From a virus (taxonomy: Duplodnaviria; Caudoviricetes): 53,048 nt of DNA. The stretch lies in the IMG/VR virus record IMGVR_UViG_3300042525_000250, positions 1-53,048 of that record; one strand, 5' to 3'. Under the pieces are notes generated by a model. The model saw only the letters and a program-made list of their open reading frames with translations, was not told where the DNA came from and ran no database searches. A program made the translations under genes and the position numbers. Shown piece by piece: positions 38,323 through 48,501 of this stretch. Position 1 is the first letter of the stretch. Every line of letters starts with the position of its first letter.

Positions 38323-38747
38323 ATTGATACTTCCAGTAAGGTACTGCGGGGTTGAAAGTCAAAGCGTCTCCAGAGTCTTATGATAGCAGGTCTTCCATAA
38401 CCTTGAATCATCGTAGCCCCCCGTGCTTTAAATAAATTTTTTAATTGGCTAAAACTATCTTGGGTAGCAATCAACCTACCGCCTACCGCTGTGATAAACG
38501 CAACTCGATGCAGTGGGTAGTTAATATACGAGATAGTTGCAGCGCCTCTCATTACGTTATGCTCATCTACTGCCACAAAAAGCTCCCAATTACCGTTAAC
38601 AAGATAGCTTAGTACATGGTCGTCATTATACGTCATGTTAGGTGAATTCTCACCACTCCCTTCCTGCAAACCAGCCACAATATGCGGCCTCGCTAAAGGC
38701 CACGTCTGTTGAATAAACTCAGTAGGTACTGCGTGCAGGGTTATCAT
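38319..38747 (-). CDS. GNAT-like virion-module protein
   Basis: W......I, YP..RV.FI...GG, G...I...GR.....LW pattern. Confidence 0.5.
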   Translation of the reverse strand: MITLHAVPTEFIQQTWPLARPHIVAGLQEGSGENSPNMTYNDDHVLSYLVNGNWELFVAVDEHNVMRGAATISYINYPLHRVAFITAVGGRLIATQDSFSQLKNLFKARGATMIQGYGRPAIIRLWRRFDFQPRSTLLEVSI

Positions 38748-41149
38748 GTTAATGTAAAGGTTTGTGGGGTGCCCTGTGGGGCAGCGGGTACTATAGGCGC
38801 AGGTTTGTTTTGTAGAGCGGCTATACCTGATTGTCCTGCCGCTGCATAGGTTGGGTTAGCGGCAAGTGCTGCATAATATTGTTCAGCGGTTATTCCAGGC
38901 GTGTTTTGTAGCTTCTGTAAATCAACTACTTGTTGAGCGCTAGTAAAAGGCACAGAGGCTGCTTGAGCCTGCTGATTTAAATTAGGAACAATTCCTGTAC
39001 CATAAGCACTAGACGCATCGGTGTTTAAGTTACTTTTAGAAACTACTGAAGGGTCTACAACCCCTGCTACGCCTGAACCTAGTGTCACAGACTGAGGTTG
39101 ATTTGGTGACGTCAACGTAAATTGCTGAGGTTGATTTGGTGACGTCAACGTAAATTGCTGAGGTGTACCTAGTGCTTTTCTCGCCTGCTCAGCCGAACTA
39201 TCTATTGTTACAGGTTGAGGTGTACCTAGTGCTTTTCTCGCCTGCTCAGCCGAACTATCTATTGTTACAGGTTGAGGTGCCCCTAACGGTTGTTGAGTGA
39301 TAGGCGTAGTTACAGGTGCATTTTGTTGAGCGTTTAATGCAGCTAAACCAGACTGCCCAGCAGCTTGTAAATCAGGATAAGCTGTACTATTTGCAAGTTT
39401 TGTATAGTATTCTACTGGCGTTTTTGATGAAGTCTGCGCCTCTTGTAAGTAGGTAGATTTAGCAACTTCGGGCGCAACTGCTGGTAAAGACTTATAAGAC
39501 TCTAATGCTGCTTTACCTGTCGATGCCAAGTCAGAGTATAACGTATTGTTTGCAAGCTTTGTGTAATAGTCAACAGGTGTGTTTGATGAGTTTTGTAAAT
39601 CCTGCACCCATTTCATTTTCCCAGCAGCTAGTTTCTCCGCAGCCAGTTTCTCCGCAGCTAGTTTCTCCGCAGCCAGTTTCTCCGCAGCTAGTTTCTCCGC
39701 AGCCAGTTTCTCCGCAGCCAGTTTACCTGCACTTGTATCCGTAACAATAGGCTCACCTGCTTTAGGCACTACAGGAAGTGTTGTGTTCGTTGTATCAGGC
39801 GCACCTGGTTTAGTTGCTTTCCCTGCTGAGTTAGTAATACTAGGCTGATATATTTTTGATAATGCAGGGGATAAGCTTGTTATTGCATTAGGGTCGTAAG
39901 GCTGACCAGCAGTATTAGCTAATTTTAATAAGTCTTTAGACGTGGGGTTGTTTTCAAACGGTTTTTTGATATTGGTTAAATCAGGCGTTTCAGGCATAGT
40001 TAGCTGATTTGTATAACCCGCCGCGTAAGGATTTTTATACCCTGATAACATCCCGTTTAAGATGTTTGAATAAGGTGATGTAGAGTTAGCAACTAATTTA
40101 CCAGAAGCATCTAATGACGGTGCGCGGTAAACCCCTTTATTAGGGTTGTAAGATTGTGTAAACTCAGTCATTTTATCAGGTTCTATCTCTCCCCCAGTAT
40201 AAGCAAAGTTACCGTTAGCATCTTTAAAACTCCCTTTAGGGAGTAACCCTGTAATCCCATCAGTAGGTGTAGTTGTAGTAGAGGTTTTAGCCCAATCGCC
40301 TGTGGTCGCATCTTTAGTTAACTTAGCTACGTTTGAGTTGTATGAATCTACTAATTTACTAGGGTCATTTAATAAAGCATTGGCGGCTGTTCTATACGTC
40401 AAAGACCCTGTTTTGTTAACTAAGTCTCCATTAGTAGTAGTGATAACCTTATCTACATAAGACTGAATTTTATCGTTAAAAGCTAACTTAGTATCTTCTC
40501 CTCCAGCTATAACTTGTTTAAAGTCGTCTGATGTAAATAAAGGTTTCCCTGATGAGTTTTTTAACCCACCGTACCGAGCTTCTAATGTTGCCGCAGTATC
40601 TTCAGGTTTAACTGCATAGTCGCCCACCGCATTAATATATTGAGTACGTATTGCATCTGGGTCAAATTGGTTAGTAGCTGAACCACTCATAATAGCTTTA
40701 GCTGACGCTGTTTTTTCTGCGCCTGTTAAATTATCACCTAATGATGCCGCGATGCTTTCACCTTGCAACTGCCTAGCTTGTTGTATTTGAGTTAATACCG
40801 GCTGTTCTTTTGCATTAAGACTAGTATCCCCTAAACTACCTTCCCTAACAGCATTCTTAAACGCAACTAAGTTATACGGTTTTTTAGTAACTGGGTTTAT
40901 TAAGTCAGGGTTATAAGATTGCGCCCATGTTCCAGCTGCGTTCAATAAAGCAGTGGCGTCTACAGATTTGTTTGCCAAGGCACTCTTGTACATGGCATAC
41001 ATGTAGTCGGCTTTTTTGTTATATGTAGGCTCGGTTTTTTCCCAGGTAGTTATCCACTTGGTTACCGAAGCTGTAGGTACCCCTGCAAGTAATAAATCAT
41101 TTATAAACTTATTGTCATACTTATTTAATGTGTATGTTTTTGCGGCCAT
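38744..41149 (-). CDS. Repeat-rich virion-associated protein
   Basis: 801 aa with (AAEKL)n and several internal duplications. Confidence 0.7.
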   Translation of the reverse strand: MAAKTYTLNKYDNKFINDLLLAGVPTASVTKWITTWEKTEPTYNKKADYMYAMYKSALANKSVDATALLNAAGTWAQSYNPDLINPVTKKPYNLVAFKNAVREGSLGDTSLNAKEQPVLTQIQQARQLQGESIAASLGDNLTGAEKTASAKAIMSGSATNQFDPDAIRTQYINAVGDYAVKPEDTAATLEARYGGLKNSSGKPLFTSDDFKQVIAGGEDTKLAFNDKIQSYVDKVITTTNGDLVNKTGSLTYRTAANALLNDPSKLVDSYNSNVAKLTKDATTGDWAKTSTTTTPTDGITGLLPKGSFKDANGNFAYTGGEIEPDKMTEFTQSYNPNKGVYRAPSLDASGKLVANSTSPYSNILNGMLSGYKNPYAAGYTNQLTMPETPDLTNIKKPFENNPTSKDLLKLANTAGQPYDPNAITSLSPALSKIYQPSITNSAGKATKPGAPDTTNTTLPVVPKAGEPIVTDTSAGKLAAEKLAAEKLAAEKLAAEKLAAEKLAAEKLAAGKMKWVQDLQNSSNTPVDYYTKLANNTLYSDLASTGKAALESYKSLPAVAPEVAKSTYLQEAQTSSKTPVEYYTKLANSTAYPDLQAAGQSGLAALNAQQNAPVTTPITQQPLGAPQPVTIDSSAEQARKALGTPQPVTIDSSAEQARKALGTPQQFTLTSPNQPQQFTLTSPNQPQSVTLGSGVAGVVDPSVVSKSNLNTDASSAYGTGIVPNLNQQAQAASVPFTSAQQVVDLQKLQNTPGITAEQYYAALAANPTYAAAGQSGIAALQNKPAPIVPAAPQGTPQTFTLT
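39092..39279. repeat. Adjacent exact 33-bp x2 and 57-bp x2 duplications
   Basis: 39092-39157 (33 bp twice) and 39159-39272 (57 bp twice), both in frame. Confidence 0.95.
39624..39724. repeat. 15-bp tandem repeat encoding AAEKL
   Basis: GCAGCYAGTTTCTCC six times plus a partial unit; T/C alternation gives a 30-bp higher-order period. Confidence 0.95.
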
Positions 41150-41158
41150 GTCTATCTC

Positions 41159-42655
41159 CTATGCTGGTAAGTGTTTATAGGCTCTAGGGTTGTCTGAGAA
41201 CTTGCCCTTACCAGTTGTTTTTTTACGGTCCGATTGAATACGGTCCATCATTTGATATAAGCGTTTAGCCCCCGCATCAGTTGAGCCATTACCTAATTCA
41301 GAAACAATACGTGCAGGCACTACGAACTCACCCTCAGCCAATCGAGCAGGTTGCTTACCACCAATAGAAGCAGGGATATCGTCAGAAACGCCATCGCCAG
41401 GACCTTTAAGCAATCGTCCGCCATCAGAATACCCTCCTAAATCAGAGATACCACCGTGTGCCATCAGTTGCACAGAGTCACCCATATAACCTTGATTGTT
41501 TGTCACTTCGTTGCGGTTAGGGATATCAAGCGTTCCAGGACTTTGCATTTGTGGTGTTTGGTCGTAGTTATCTAAATCGGTAATCCCGCCTGCTGCAAAC
41601 TGAGGTCCATAAGGCTTATATACGTTAGGGTTCCACTTATAGTTACTACGAATACCTTTTTGTTCTGGAGGTGAGAAGTCAGGTGTCATAGCAGAATCGA
41701 GTGCCATACCTGAACCCATACTAAGTGCAGCCGGAACAAGCACATCATGTTTAGCAGCAAAGTTACCGATACTGCCTAACGTACCTCCAGACCCAGCCAT
41801 AGAAGCAAGACCTGCACCCGCAGCACCGCCTACAGCACCAGTAAGCGCACCTTTACCCATAGCCTCACCAACATCTTGACCTTGTGCGCCAGCAACTAAA
41901 CCGTTAATACCTGCATTCATAACACCGCCTTGCAGTGCTCCACCAGCCATTTTAAGACCTGTGTTACCGACTATATTCCCTTGGTTATTTGTTAAATCAG
42001 CGAGAAAGCGAGTTCCCATATTGGCATCTGTGTAAGCTGAAGCATTGGCTATTTGGTCTGGGGTTGCAGTGGCTCCAATAAAATCAGGACTTCCAGGTTG
42101 AGGAGGAAGTGTTCCAGGACTAATCATAGCAGACTGAGGGTTTAACGCATTAACAGCTGCTTGGTTACCTGATGCACCTAGACTACCAATACCTCCACTA
42201 CTGGCACCGCCAGCAGCCCCTCCAGTACCGCCAGCAAGAAGTCCAGAACCTCCACTCAACCCTGCAAACCCTGCTCCACCAGTACCCCCGCCAATAGCTC
42301 CTCCACCAGTACCCCCGCCAATAGCTCCCGTAGTAGCACTACTAAAAACAGGCGTAATGGCAGATGTTGCGGCAGCGTTCCCTGCTGCCCCTAATGTTCC
42401 GGTGGCAGAGCCTGATAAAGCTCCAGTAGTCGCCCCAGTAGTCCCACCAGCAGCGGCTCCGCCACCAGCCCCAGCAGCGGCTCCGCCAGCTCCTCCAAAT
42501 ACAGCACCGCCAATACCCCCGCCAGCACCACCCATAGCACCGCCGATAGCCATAGACTTTAATATGTCTCCAGCATCTCCACCGTTAAGTCCAGCAGAAA
42601 CACCCCCAGCAGTAGCACCAACACCGGCGCCAACCATAACCGCAATCCAACTCAT
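41159..42655 (-). CDS. Glycine-rich internal virion protein
   Basis: Gly/Ala-rich N-terminus; GPGDGVSDDIPA...LAEGEFVVPA C-terminal domain. Confidence 0.7.
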   Translation of the reverse strand: MSWIAVMVGAGVGATAGGVSAGLNGGDAGDILKSMAIGGAMGGAGGGIGGAVFGGAGGAAAGAGGGAAAGGTTGATTGALSGSATGTLGAAGNAAATSAITPVFSSATTGAIGGGTGGGAIGGGTGGAGFAGLSGGSGLLAGGTGGAAGGASSGGIGSLGASGNQAAVNALNPQSAMISPGTLPPQPGSPDFIGATATPDQIANASAYTDANMGTRFLADLTNNQGNIVGNTGLKMAGGALQGGVMNAGINGLVAGAQGQDVGEAMGKGALTGAVGGAAGAGLASMAGSGGTLGSIGNFAAKHDVLVPAALSMGSGMALDSAMTPDFSPPEQKGIRSNYKWNPNVYKPYGPQFAAGGITDLDNYDQTPQMQSPGTLDIPNRNEVTNNQGYMGDSVQLMAHGGISDLGGYSDGGRLLKGPGDGVSDDIPASIGGKQPARLAEGEFVVPARIVSELGNGSTDAGAKRLYQMMDRIQSDRKKTTGKGKFSDNPRAYKHLPA

Positions 42656-43080
42656 AATATTTCCCCAAGTAACTGTTGTGTTTTCTGTTCATACTCGTCA
42701 AAAGTATTAGAAACAAGCTCGTCTTCAAGCTCTTCCATAGATGTTTTGTCTGAACGATGAACTGTAATAAATGTGCAATCTGTTTCAGCGTAGCCTAGGC
42801 GTTTAATACCCGGCTTATCGACTGTGATGTAAGGTGCGGTAACGACTGTAGACGTTTCACCGTTTGTGATGCGAAGTGTACCCTGAGCTAGAATACCAAT
42901 GCTTTCGTGATTGTGAATCTTACCTGTAAGTAAACAACCTTTAGGTATAAAAAGAGACCGACAATAAACACCGCTCAGATGATAATGCTGTGCGGGAGAC
43001 TCTACCTGTGGCATAGCCTTCATAAGGGCTTCTAATTCTAAGATTTTTGGCATATTGCCAAGGGTTGCTAAATCGCTCAC
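42652..43080 (-). CDS. Cupin-like protein
   Basis: GVYCR....PKG..LTGKIH...PG.KR pattern. Confidence 0.65.
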   Translation of the reverse strand: MSDLATLGNMPKILELEALMKAMPQVESPAQHYHLSGVYCRSLFIPKGCLLTGKIHNHESIGILAQGTLRITNGETSTVVTAPYITVDKPGIKRLGYAETDCTFITVHRSDKTSMEELEDELVSNTFDEYEQKTQQLLGEIL

Positions 43081-43107
43081 GATACCTCCAAAGTTTAGCT
43101 AATAATA

Positions 43108-43737
43108 TCATGAGTATAGTGCTGAAACAAACGTAGCGGTAAGGATGACAGGAGGTATCGCAGGGGAGAATGAATTAGCTGCTTCTGCTTTTATTATAAC
43201 GTTCACATGGTCAGCTGCCCAGTAAAGCTCAAAGTAATCCCCAGCATTCATTGGAAGTACAAAATTCCATGCAGCTACCATCTCAGAGCTACTAGACCCC
43301 GTTAGTTGAAGCTTAGTATTAGAGTCAGGAATATCTACCCCATTTACTCTAGGCCACACCCACGCAGACATCGTACTGCCAGCCGTCTTAGCCAGCTGCG
43401 CAGAGAATTGAAAGTTATAATATCCCGCTACATCTGTTACGATGTGAGAAGTCGTTGTTCCAATAGCAACTTGGTTTGATACGGCTGTATTGTTAAACGG
43501 TATGGCGTAAGCTGTATTTATAACAGGTATCGTCTGCTGCGTAGTCAAATAAAAACTACCAACAGGAAATTTAAAAGCAGCTCCCCCTGCAATACTCAGC
43601 AGGGATTGGAACGTGTTATCAAGTTGATTGAAGTATAAGCGCAGTACGTTGTTTAATTGGTCAAGGTAGTTACGGCTATATTGCACCTCAGCAAAAGGTA
43701 AACTTGGTGCTTTAGGGGTTTGGACTGTATTACTCAT
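43108..43737 (-). CDS. Tail-associated protein (TNF/C1q-like beta domain)
   Basis: LRLYFNQLD helix, then G.YNFQFSAQL and GDYFEL.W. Confidence 0.6.
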   Translation of the reverse strand: MSNTVQTPKAPSLPFAEVQYSRNYLDQLNNVLRLYFNQLDNTFQSLLSIAGGAAFKFPVGSFYLTTQQTIPVINTAYAIPFNNTAVSNQVAIGTTTSHIVTDVAGYYNFQFSAQLAKTAGSTMSAWVWPRVNGVDIPDSNTKLQLTGSSSSEMVAAWNFVLPMNAGDYFELYWAADHVNVIIKAEAANSFSPAIPPVILTATFVSALYS

Positions 43738-45836
43738 CCTCTTTGCCCGTCTTGCTTAATTTCGAGTCGCATAGCACCCAACTGCCACATAGACCCTAAC
43801 TGATTGTTATATACTTTAAAAGAAAACTGTCTACCGCGTACACGAATAAATACTTGTCCTGTAAACTTCTCAATAGGCACAGTCGCTGTGCGCGTTACCG
43901 CCGCTTCATTTGTTCCGCCAACAGACGCTGGGTCTGTATACCCACTCCCTGCGTTCATCAAAGGGATGATAGAAAGTGTTGCTGTTGGGTTCTCTGTTGT
44001 AGAACCCCTAAACGTCATATCAGGCAGGATTCTGCGAATAAACACAAAGTTGTGCCCGTCATCAATATCAGTTTCAGAGCTTGTAATGTAAGACTCAATA
44101 GCCGTGGGCGTAATACCCTCATTATTATCAAGGCCGTTTTCGTGGTTAACTAAGTTATTAACATACGTTGCAGCAAGAGGATATTCTAAAATCCCAGAGT
44201 CAAGCCAAGCGGTACGACCCATTGTGCCGTAGTACCATATATCTTCAGCGTAATTATAGATTGCGTATTTGTCCACCACCGTACTATCTACAGAACAGTA
44301 GAACCACCAGACTTCGTTAAACCCTTCATTAGTACTGGCAAAGACTTGTTCTGATTGTTGTATGTTGAAGTCATTGAATATATATTCCCGCAGGTCGCAA
44401 TTTTGTGTTTGCACACGACCATCGTATTTATAAAATTTATCTCGCCCCATCCAGTACACAACACCTGACGCAAGAGCAGCTGCATTCTCACCTACAATAG
44501 AGATATTGTCACCCATAAGCTGCGCATTCCAAACCAGCGGGTAACCTAAATACTGCATAGAGTAGAGCGTTGAGTCAGTCCAAACTAGAATCTCTTGGCG
44601 TGTTTGAAGCGCAGTAATAATCTGAGACCCGCGAGTTAGTGTCAATGACCCTGCTTGATTAGTAGTAGAGGGTGTCCAGTCAGCGGCATTCTCTTGGTCA
44701 GACCAGCGTACTAGCAGTGGGTTTTGAGTAGACACACCGTAGTCATTACAACCAAAAGCAAATACAAAACGGAAAGTATCTGATACGGTAATATAGTTCT
44801 GAATAGTGGGGACACTTGCTGCACCATTAATAGTAGTTAAATTGACTGCACGGTTGGAAATATACTGTGTACCTGACTGTGACCCTGAAGTATTAATTAG
44901 AGTCCCTACAGAGTCAGTTATATTAAACACGCCCGCAACATAATTTTTTATATAGTAAGTCGTACCTGTAGTAAGTCCTGTAGGTAATGTACCTGATGTT
45001 TCAAAGACTATCGGTGCGCCTTCAGCGTAGAGGTTAGTAGCCGTAACTTGAGCCGGAGACGCTATTGTAATAGTAGCGGTAGTGCTTACAAGACCTCTAT
45101 CTGCATAGTAGTAATACATCGCACCCGTGCGAGGCCCGAAGACTAAATCTTGACCGTAGTTACTCTGTGACCATAAGCGAAGCGAGTCAGATGAAGACTG
45201 ACCACTACCCCAAGAACCACTACCCCAAGCCCCTGCACCCCAACCACTAGTAGGCGTTTGATAAGCTGGACCTACTGATATCTGATAAACAGCACGAACT
45301 GTACCACCGTTCCCAGTATCTGAACTGTTCGCCGCGTACCCTACATTAATTGTATAAGAGTTAGCAGACACGTAGGTGATTTGATACTCGCGGTTAAGCA
45401 GAGAGGCTGTAATAGTCCCGCCAAGTCCTGTTGCTCCGTTATAGGTAACATAATCTCCGTTAGCACAACCATGCCCTGCATGAGTTACGGTAATAATCGC
45501 CGAGCCAGTAGAGGCCGTAAAAGGGTTAGTTAAGGTGTTTGCTGTACGTATAGGCGTGATGTCGTAGTAGCTACCGCCACGAGAGATATAAAACTTGGAG
45601 TTAGTTCCAACTCCTATAAGCGTCACTTGTCCTAGTGTTTCCCATGCCCATAGTGAACGGCATACCCCTAAGTAAGTAGAGGATGATATCTTATTCCAAC
45701 CGCCTATCTTTTGAGGTGAGCCTTGACGAAAACGAACCTTGTCGCAATCATACCATCCGCCTTCTGTGTAATAGCGGGTATTCTCTCGGTTAACTCCCGA
45801 CTTAAATACAAGTTTTTTAAGGCCTATTGATGGCAT
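43734..45836 (-). CDS. Tail nozzle / DNA stabilisation protein
   Basis: GVNRE.T.Y, VRFR.G.P.KIGGW, VRWSDQE and RVRGRQ motifs; propeller-like with beta-rich insertions. Confidence 0.75.
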   Translation of the reverse strand: MPSIGLKKLVFKSGVNRENTRYYTEGGWYDCDKVRFRQGSPQKIGGWNKISSSTYLGVCRSLWAWETLGQVTLIGVGTNSKFYISRGGSYYDITPIRTANTLTNPFTASTGSAIITVTHAGHGCANGDYVTYNGATGLGGTITASLLNREYQITYVSANSYTINVGYAANSSDTGNGGTVRAVYQISVGPAYQTPTSGWGAGAWGSGSWGSGQSSSDSLRLWSQSNYGQDLVFGPRTGAMYYYYADRGLVSTTATITIASPAQVTATNLYAEGAPIVFETSGTLPTGLTTGTTYYIKNYVAGVFNITDSVGTLINTSGSQSGTQYISNRAVNLTTINGAASVPTIQNYITVSDTFRFVFAFGCNDYGVSTQNPLLVRWSDQENAADWTPSTTNQAGSLTLTRGSQIITALQTRQEILVWTDSTLYSMQYLGYPLVWNAQLMGDNISIVGENAAALASGVVYWMGRDKFYKYDGRVQTQNCDLREYIFNDFNIQQSEQVFASTNEGFNEVWWFYCSVDSTVVDKYAIYNYAEDIWYYGTMGRTAWLDSGILEYPLAATYVNNLVNHENGLDNNEGITPTAIESYITSSETDIDDGHNFVFIRRILPDMTFRGSTTENPTATLSIIPLMNAGSGYTDPASVGGTNEAAVTRTATVPIEKFTGQVFIRVRGRQFSFKVYNNQLGSMWQLGAMRLEIKQDGQRG

Positions 45837-45849
45837 AATTTAATCCTGT

Positions 45850-46203
45850 TTATCCGTTCCAACGTGCGATTTTACCATCACGTACATCAATATGGGTAAA
45901 AGATTTGTAACGCCCAAGACCTCGGCAATCACTGTCAAAATGTTTCATGAGATAGTTTTGCACTTCGCGTGGTTCGATGTCTTTTACTTTAATGTCGGCT
46001 GCATTACCTAAGACGTGTTGACTATTCTTTGCACCACCCACTTTCGTGTTGTGTGCTTTGCATCTTCTACCGCTCATAATAGTAATAGGTTTACCAAAAG
46101 ACTCACGGATGCGATTAAGTAGCTCTATGAGCTTAGGGTTAACGTCTTTTTCACCGCACCCGCAGTGACACTCAAATTCTTCTGGTTTAAAATATGCGCT
46201 CAT
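45850..46203 (-). CDS. Peptidase M15A endolysin
   Basis: YF..EEF.C.CGC, SG.RC..HN..VGG...SQH..G.AADI and FTHIDVR. Confidence 0.92.
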   Translation of the reverse strand: MSAYFKPEEFECHCGCGEKDVNPKLIELLNRIRESFGKPITIMSGRRCKAHNTKVGGAKNSQHVLGNAADIKVKDIEPREVQNYLMKHFDSDCRGLGRYKSFTHIDVRDGKIARWNG

Positions 46204-46204
46204 A

Positions 46205-46393
46205 TTATTTACCTTCTGAAACAAACAACCCAATCATACCAAAAACAACACCTGCCGCAGTTAACCCGTCATGGATAGGACCAGCTTCAATATTCATACC
46301 CGCCATAGTTGCTAATGCCGCCACACTCGCGTGAGTTGAAGGTTCTTTTAATCTTGCCTGTAAATAGTTCCACGCTTTAAGTATTTTATTCAT
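46205..46393 (-). CDS. Probable holin
   Basis: 62 aa with RLKEPST motif and two hydrophobic segments, directly upstream of the endolysin. Confidence 0.7.
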   Translation of the reverse strand: MNKILKAWNYLQARLKEPSTHASVAALATMAGMNIEAGPIHDGLTAAGVVFGMIGLFVSEGK

Positions 46394-46440
46394 TTATCTA
46401 TCCTATTAAGTCGAAGTTGCATAAATTGGGTAAGTACTAT

Positions 46441-47082
46441 CTATACAGGTACTCTTCTAACAGCTCTGGCATAGGTAGTATTGGCTTTAACGATGTTGGT
46501 CTGAAGCCCATCGGTGAAGTACTGAACCGATACGCTGTTAGCAGCGGTCTCAGTAGAAGACCAATATGGGCCATAGACAAACGCATTCGTTTCACCAGCT
46601 CTAAAACCAATACCGGCGACTGTTTGCGCAGGAGAACCATTAGTATAATTTGTACTTACAGGCTCTGGAGATACCGCATTCGCGTTTGAACCCGATGAAG
46701 TATTGTTAGCGTCGGTAGTCGGTTTTAAGAAATAATACAGCACTTCTAGCTCGTTTTTAGCAGGTAGATACCAATCACTATATCCGCCAATGGTTAACCC
46801 TTCACAAAACACCGCTGCTTGATATGACGAGCCTAATGCTGCTAATGACGCAGAGTTTGTTGGTCCATTGATAACGGATGTTATTCCTGTTGTTACGCCA
46901 TCTATCCCCCATGATACGCTTGAGTTTTCACCAGATGCTTTAGGGGCAACAATTAGATAATATTGCGTACCAGAAACGTTAATCTTACCAGCGTAAAATC
47001 CACCACCGTAGGCTTGACCTATAGTTGTCGGGCCTGCGGGCCCATAAGTTCCGCCAAGTACTGCTTGCATAATACCCGTCAT
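46441..47082 (-). CDS. DUF1566/Lcl-type (CLec-fold) tail-tip adhesin
   Basis: GGYSDWYLPAKNEL, YWSSTE and ARAVRR motifs; coupled to a fibre gene. Confidence 0.8.
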   Translation of the reverse strand: MTGIMQAVLGGTYGPAGPTTIGQAYGGGFYAGKINVSGTQYYLIVAPKASGENSSVSWGIDGVTTGITSVINGPTNSASLAALGSSYQAAVFCEGLTIGGYSDWYLPAKNELEVLYYFLKPTTDANNTSSGSNANAVSPEPVSTNYTNGSPAQTVAGIGFRAGETNAFVYGPYWSSTETAANSVSVQYFTDGLQTNIVKANTTYARAVRRVPV

Positions 47083-48497
47083 GACACATTACCCGACACA
47101 ACGCAAACTGTTGCACTAACAAATAGAATCGTAGCAATACCACGAGTAGCTAATGTGATAGACGTTTTAACTGTGTTTGCCCCCGCAATATAGGCTGTAG
47201 GTGCGCTAGTCGTAATAGTAATATTACCTGTTGTGTTGTTATAGACAGAGATGGCATCACCATTTGCAAACGTAGAAGTTGGCACGACAATAGAGCCGCT
47301 TGTTCCAACACCCACATATTTACCCACATCTCCAGTAACTAAAGTATATGCAGTTGTTTTATCTGAGCCTGTTTGAGGGATATTTTTATACCCAACACCA
47401 TTTGTTCCATCAACCGTACAAGATGACAGCGTACCGCTAGAAGGTGTTCCAAGCGCACCGCCTGTTGAGTATTTACCGTTAAACGTAGACCAATCACTAG
47501 AAGATAATGCACCTCTAGTTGATGCGCTTGCTGTTGGAATATTTAACGTAATGACAGGGGTTGTTGTACTATTTGCAACTGATGATGAAACGTCTGTACC
47601 CGTAGTACCTAATGTTAAAGCCGCAACTGAAGTGACTGTACCGCCAGAAGTGGATGGTGGCTGCCAACTAGGTGCTGAAGTACCGTTAGATGTTAACACG
47701 TAAGTAGCTGTACCAGCAGCAAGCATTGCTGTTGTACCTGAAGCTGTTTGATAGGGTAGTTGCCCTGCTCCGCCCCCTGCTAAGTTGGTAGCTGTTGTCG
47801 CTGTTAACGCATTACCTGTCGTACTTTGATTAAGTGTTGGAAAGTCACCAGCTACTGCAATAGTCAACGCGCCTGTTGATGTTGTGCTTTTTAAAATACC
47901 CGTAGCTAACGCAGAAGTCCCTGCGCTGTAATCTGTACCAGAAGTCGCCGCTGAAATAGCCGTTCCATTCCCTTTAAGAACACCAGAAATACTAGTTGTC
48001 AGCGTTATAGCAGGTGTTGATGTGGGGTTTGATACTGAGCCTGTAAATCCGTTAGCACTAGCAACTGATACTGTCGTTACTGTCCCGTTAGAGGATGGAG
48101 ATACAGCCGTTACGAAGTCAGAACCGTTCCAAACAACCAATGCACTTTTATTAGTAGGAACACTAATACCCGTAGTAGACGCACCTTTAAGCACTACCGC
48201 TGCATCAGATTGGTTAACAACAAAATAGCCTTTACTTCTAGCTGGAGCGATAATATTACGTGATACGCCCGGTGTTCCTGTAGCAATGAGAATTGCACAG
48301 CGAGCCTGATTAGGTACGCCAGAACCCGTATCTGTTAAAGTCCAATCACCTGAAGTAACACTAGCTGTTGCCGTCCCTGCAATCGCATCGTCAAGAAGCT
48401 GTGTAATACTATTATTTACTTCAGTACCCCAAGTACCAGTAAGCTCACCTTGAACTGGAAGGGCTAAACCTAAAAGCGTGGTATAAGCTGTTGTCAT
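47079..48497 (-). CDS. Tail fibre protein
   Basis: Thr/Ser/Gly-rich; GTVTSV repeats, GTWG..VN N-terminus. Confidence 0.8.
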   Translation of the reverse strand: MTTAYTTLLGLALPVQGELTGTWGTEVNNSITQLLDDAIAGTATASVTSGDWTLTDTGSGVPNQARCAILIATGTPGVSRNIIAPARSKGYFVVNQSDAAVVLKGASTTGISVPTNKSALVVWNGSDFVTAVSPSSNGTVTTVSVASANGFTGSVSNPTSTPAITLTTSISGVLKGNGTAISAATSGTDYSAGTSALATGILKSTTSTGALTIAVAGDFPTLNQSTTGNALTATTATNLAGGGAGQLPYQTASGTTAMLAAGTATYVLTSNGTSAPSWQPPSTSGGTVTSVAALTLGTTGTDVSSSVANSTTTPVITLNIPTASASTRGALSSSDWSTFNGKYSTGGALGTPSSGTLSSCTVDGTNGVGYKNIPQTGSDKTTAYTLVTGDVGKYVGVGTSGSIVVPTSTFANGDAISVYNNTTGNITITTSAPTAYIAGANTVKTSITLATRGIATILFVSATVCVVSGNVS

Positions 48498-48501
48498 GTT
48501 T

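Noticed and set aside
46380-47100. Complete diversity-generating retroelement
   Set aside because: No RT motif, accessory gene or template repeat is seen in the window; only the target-like signature is reported.
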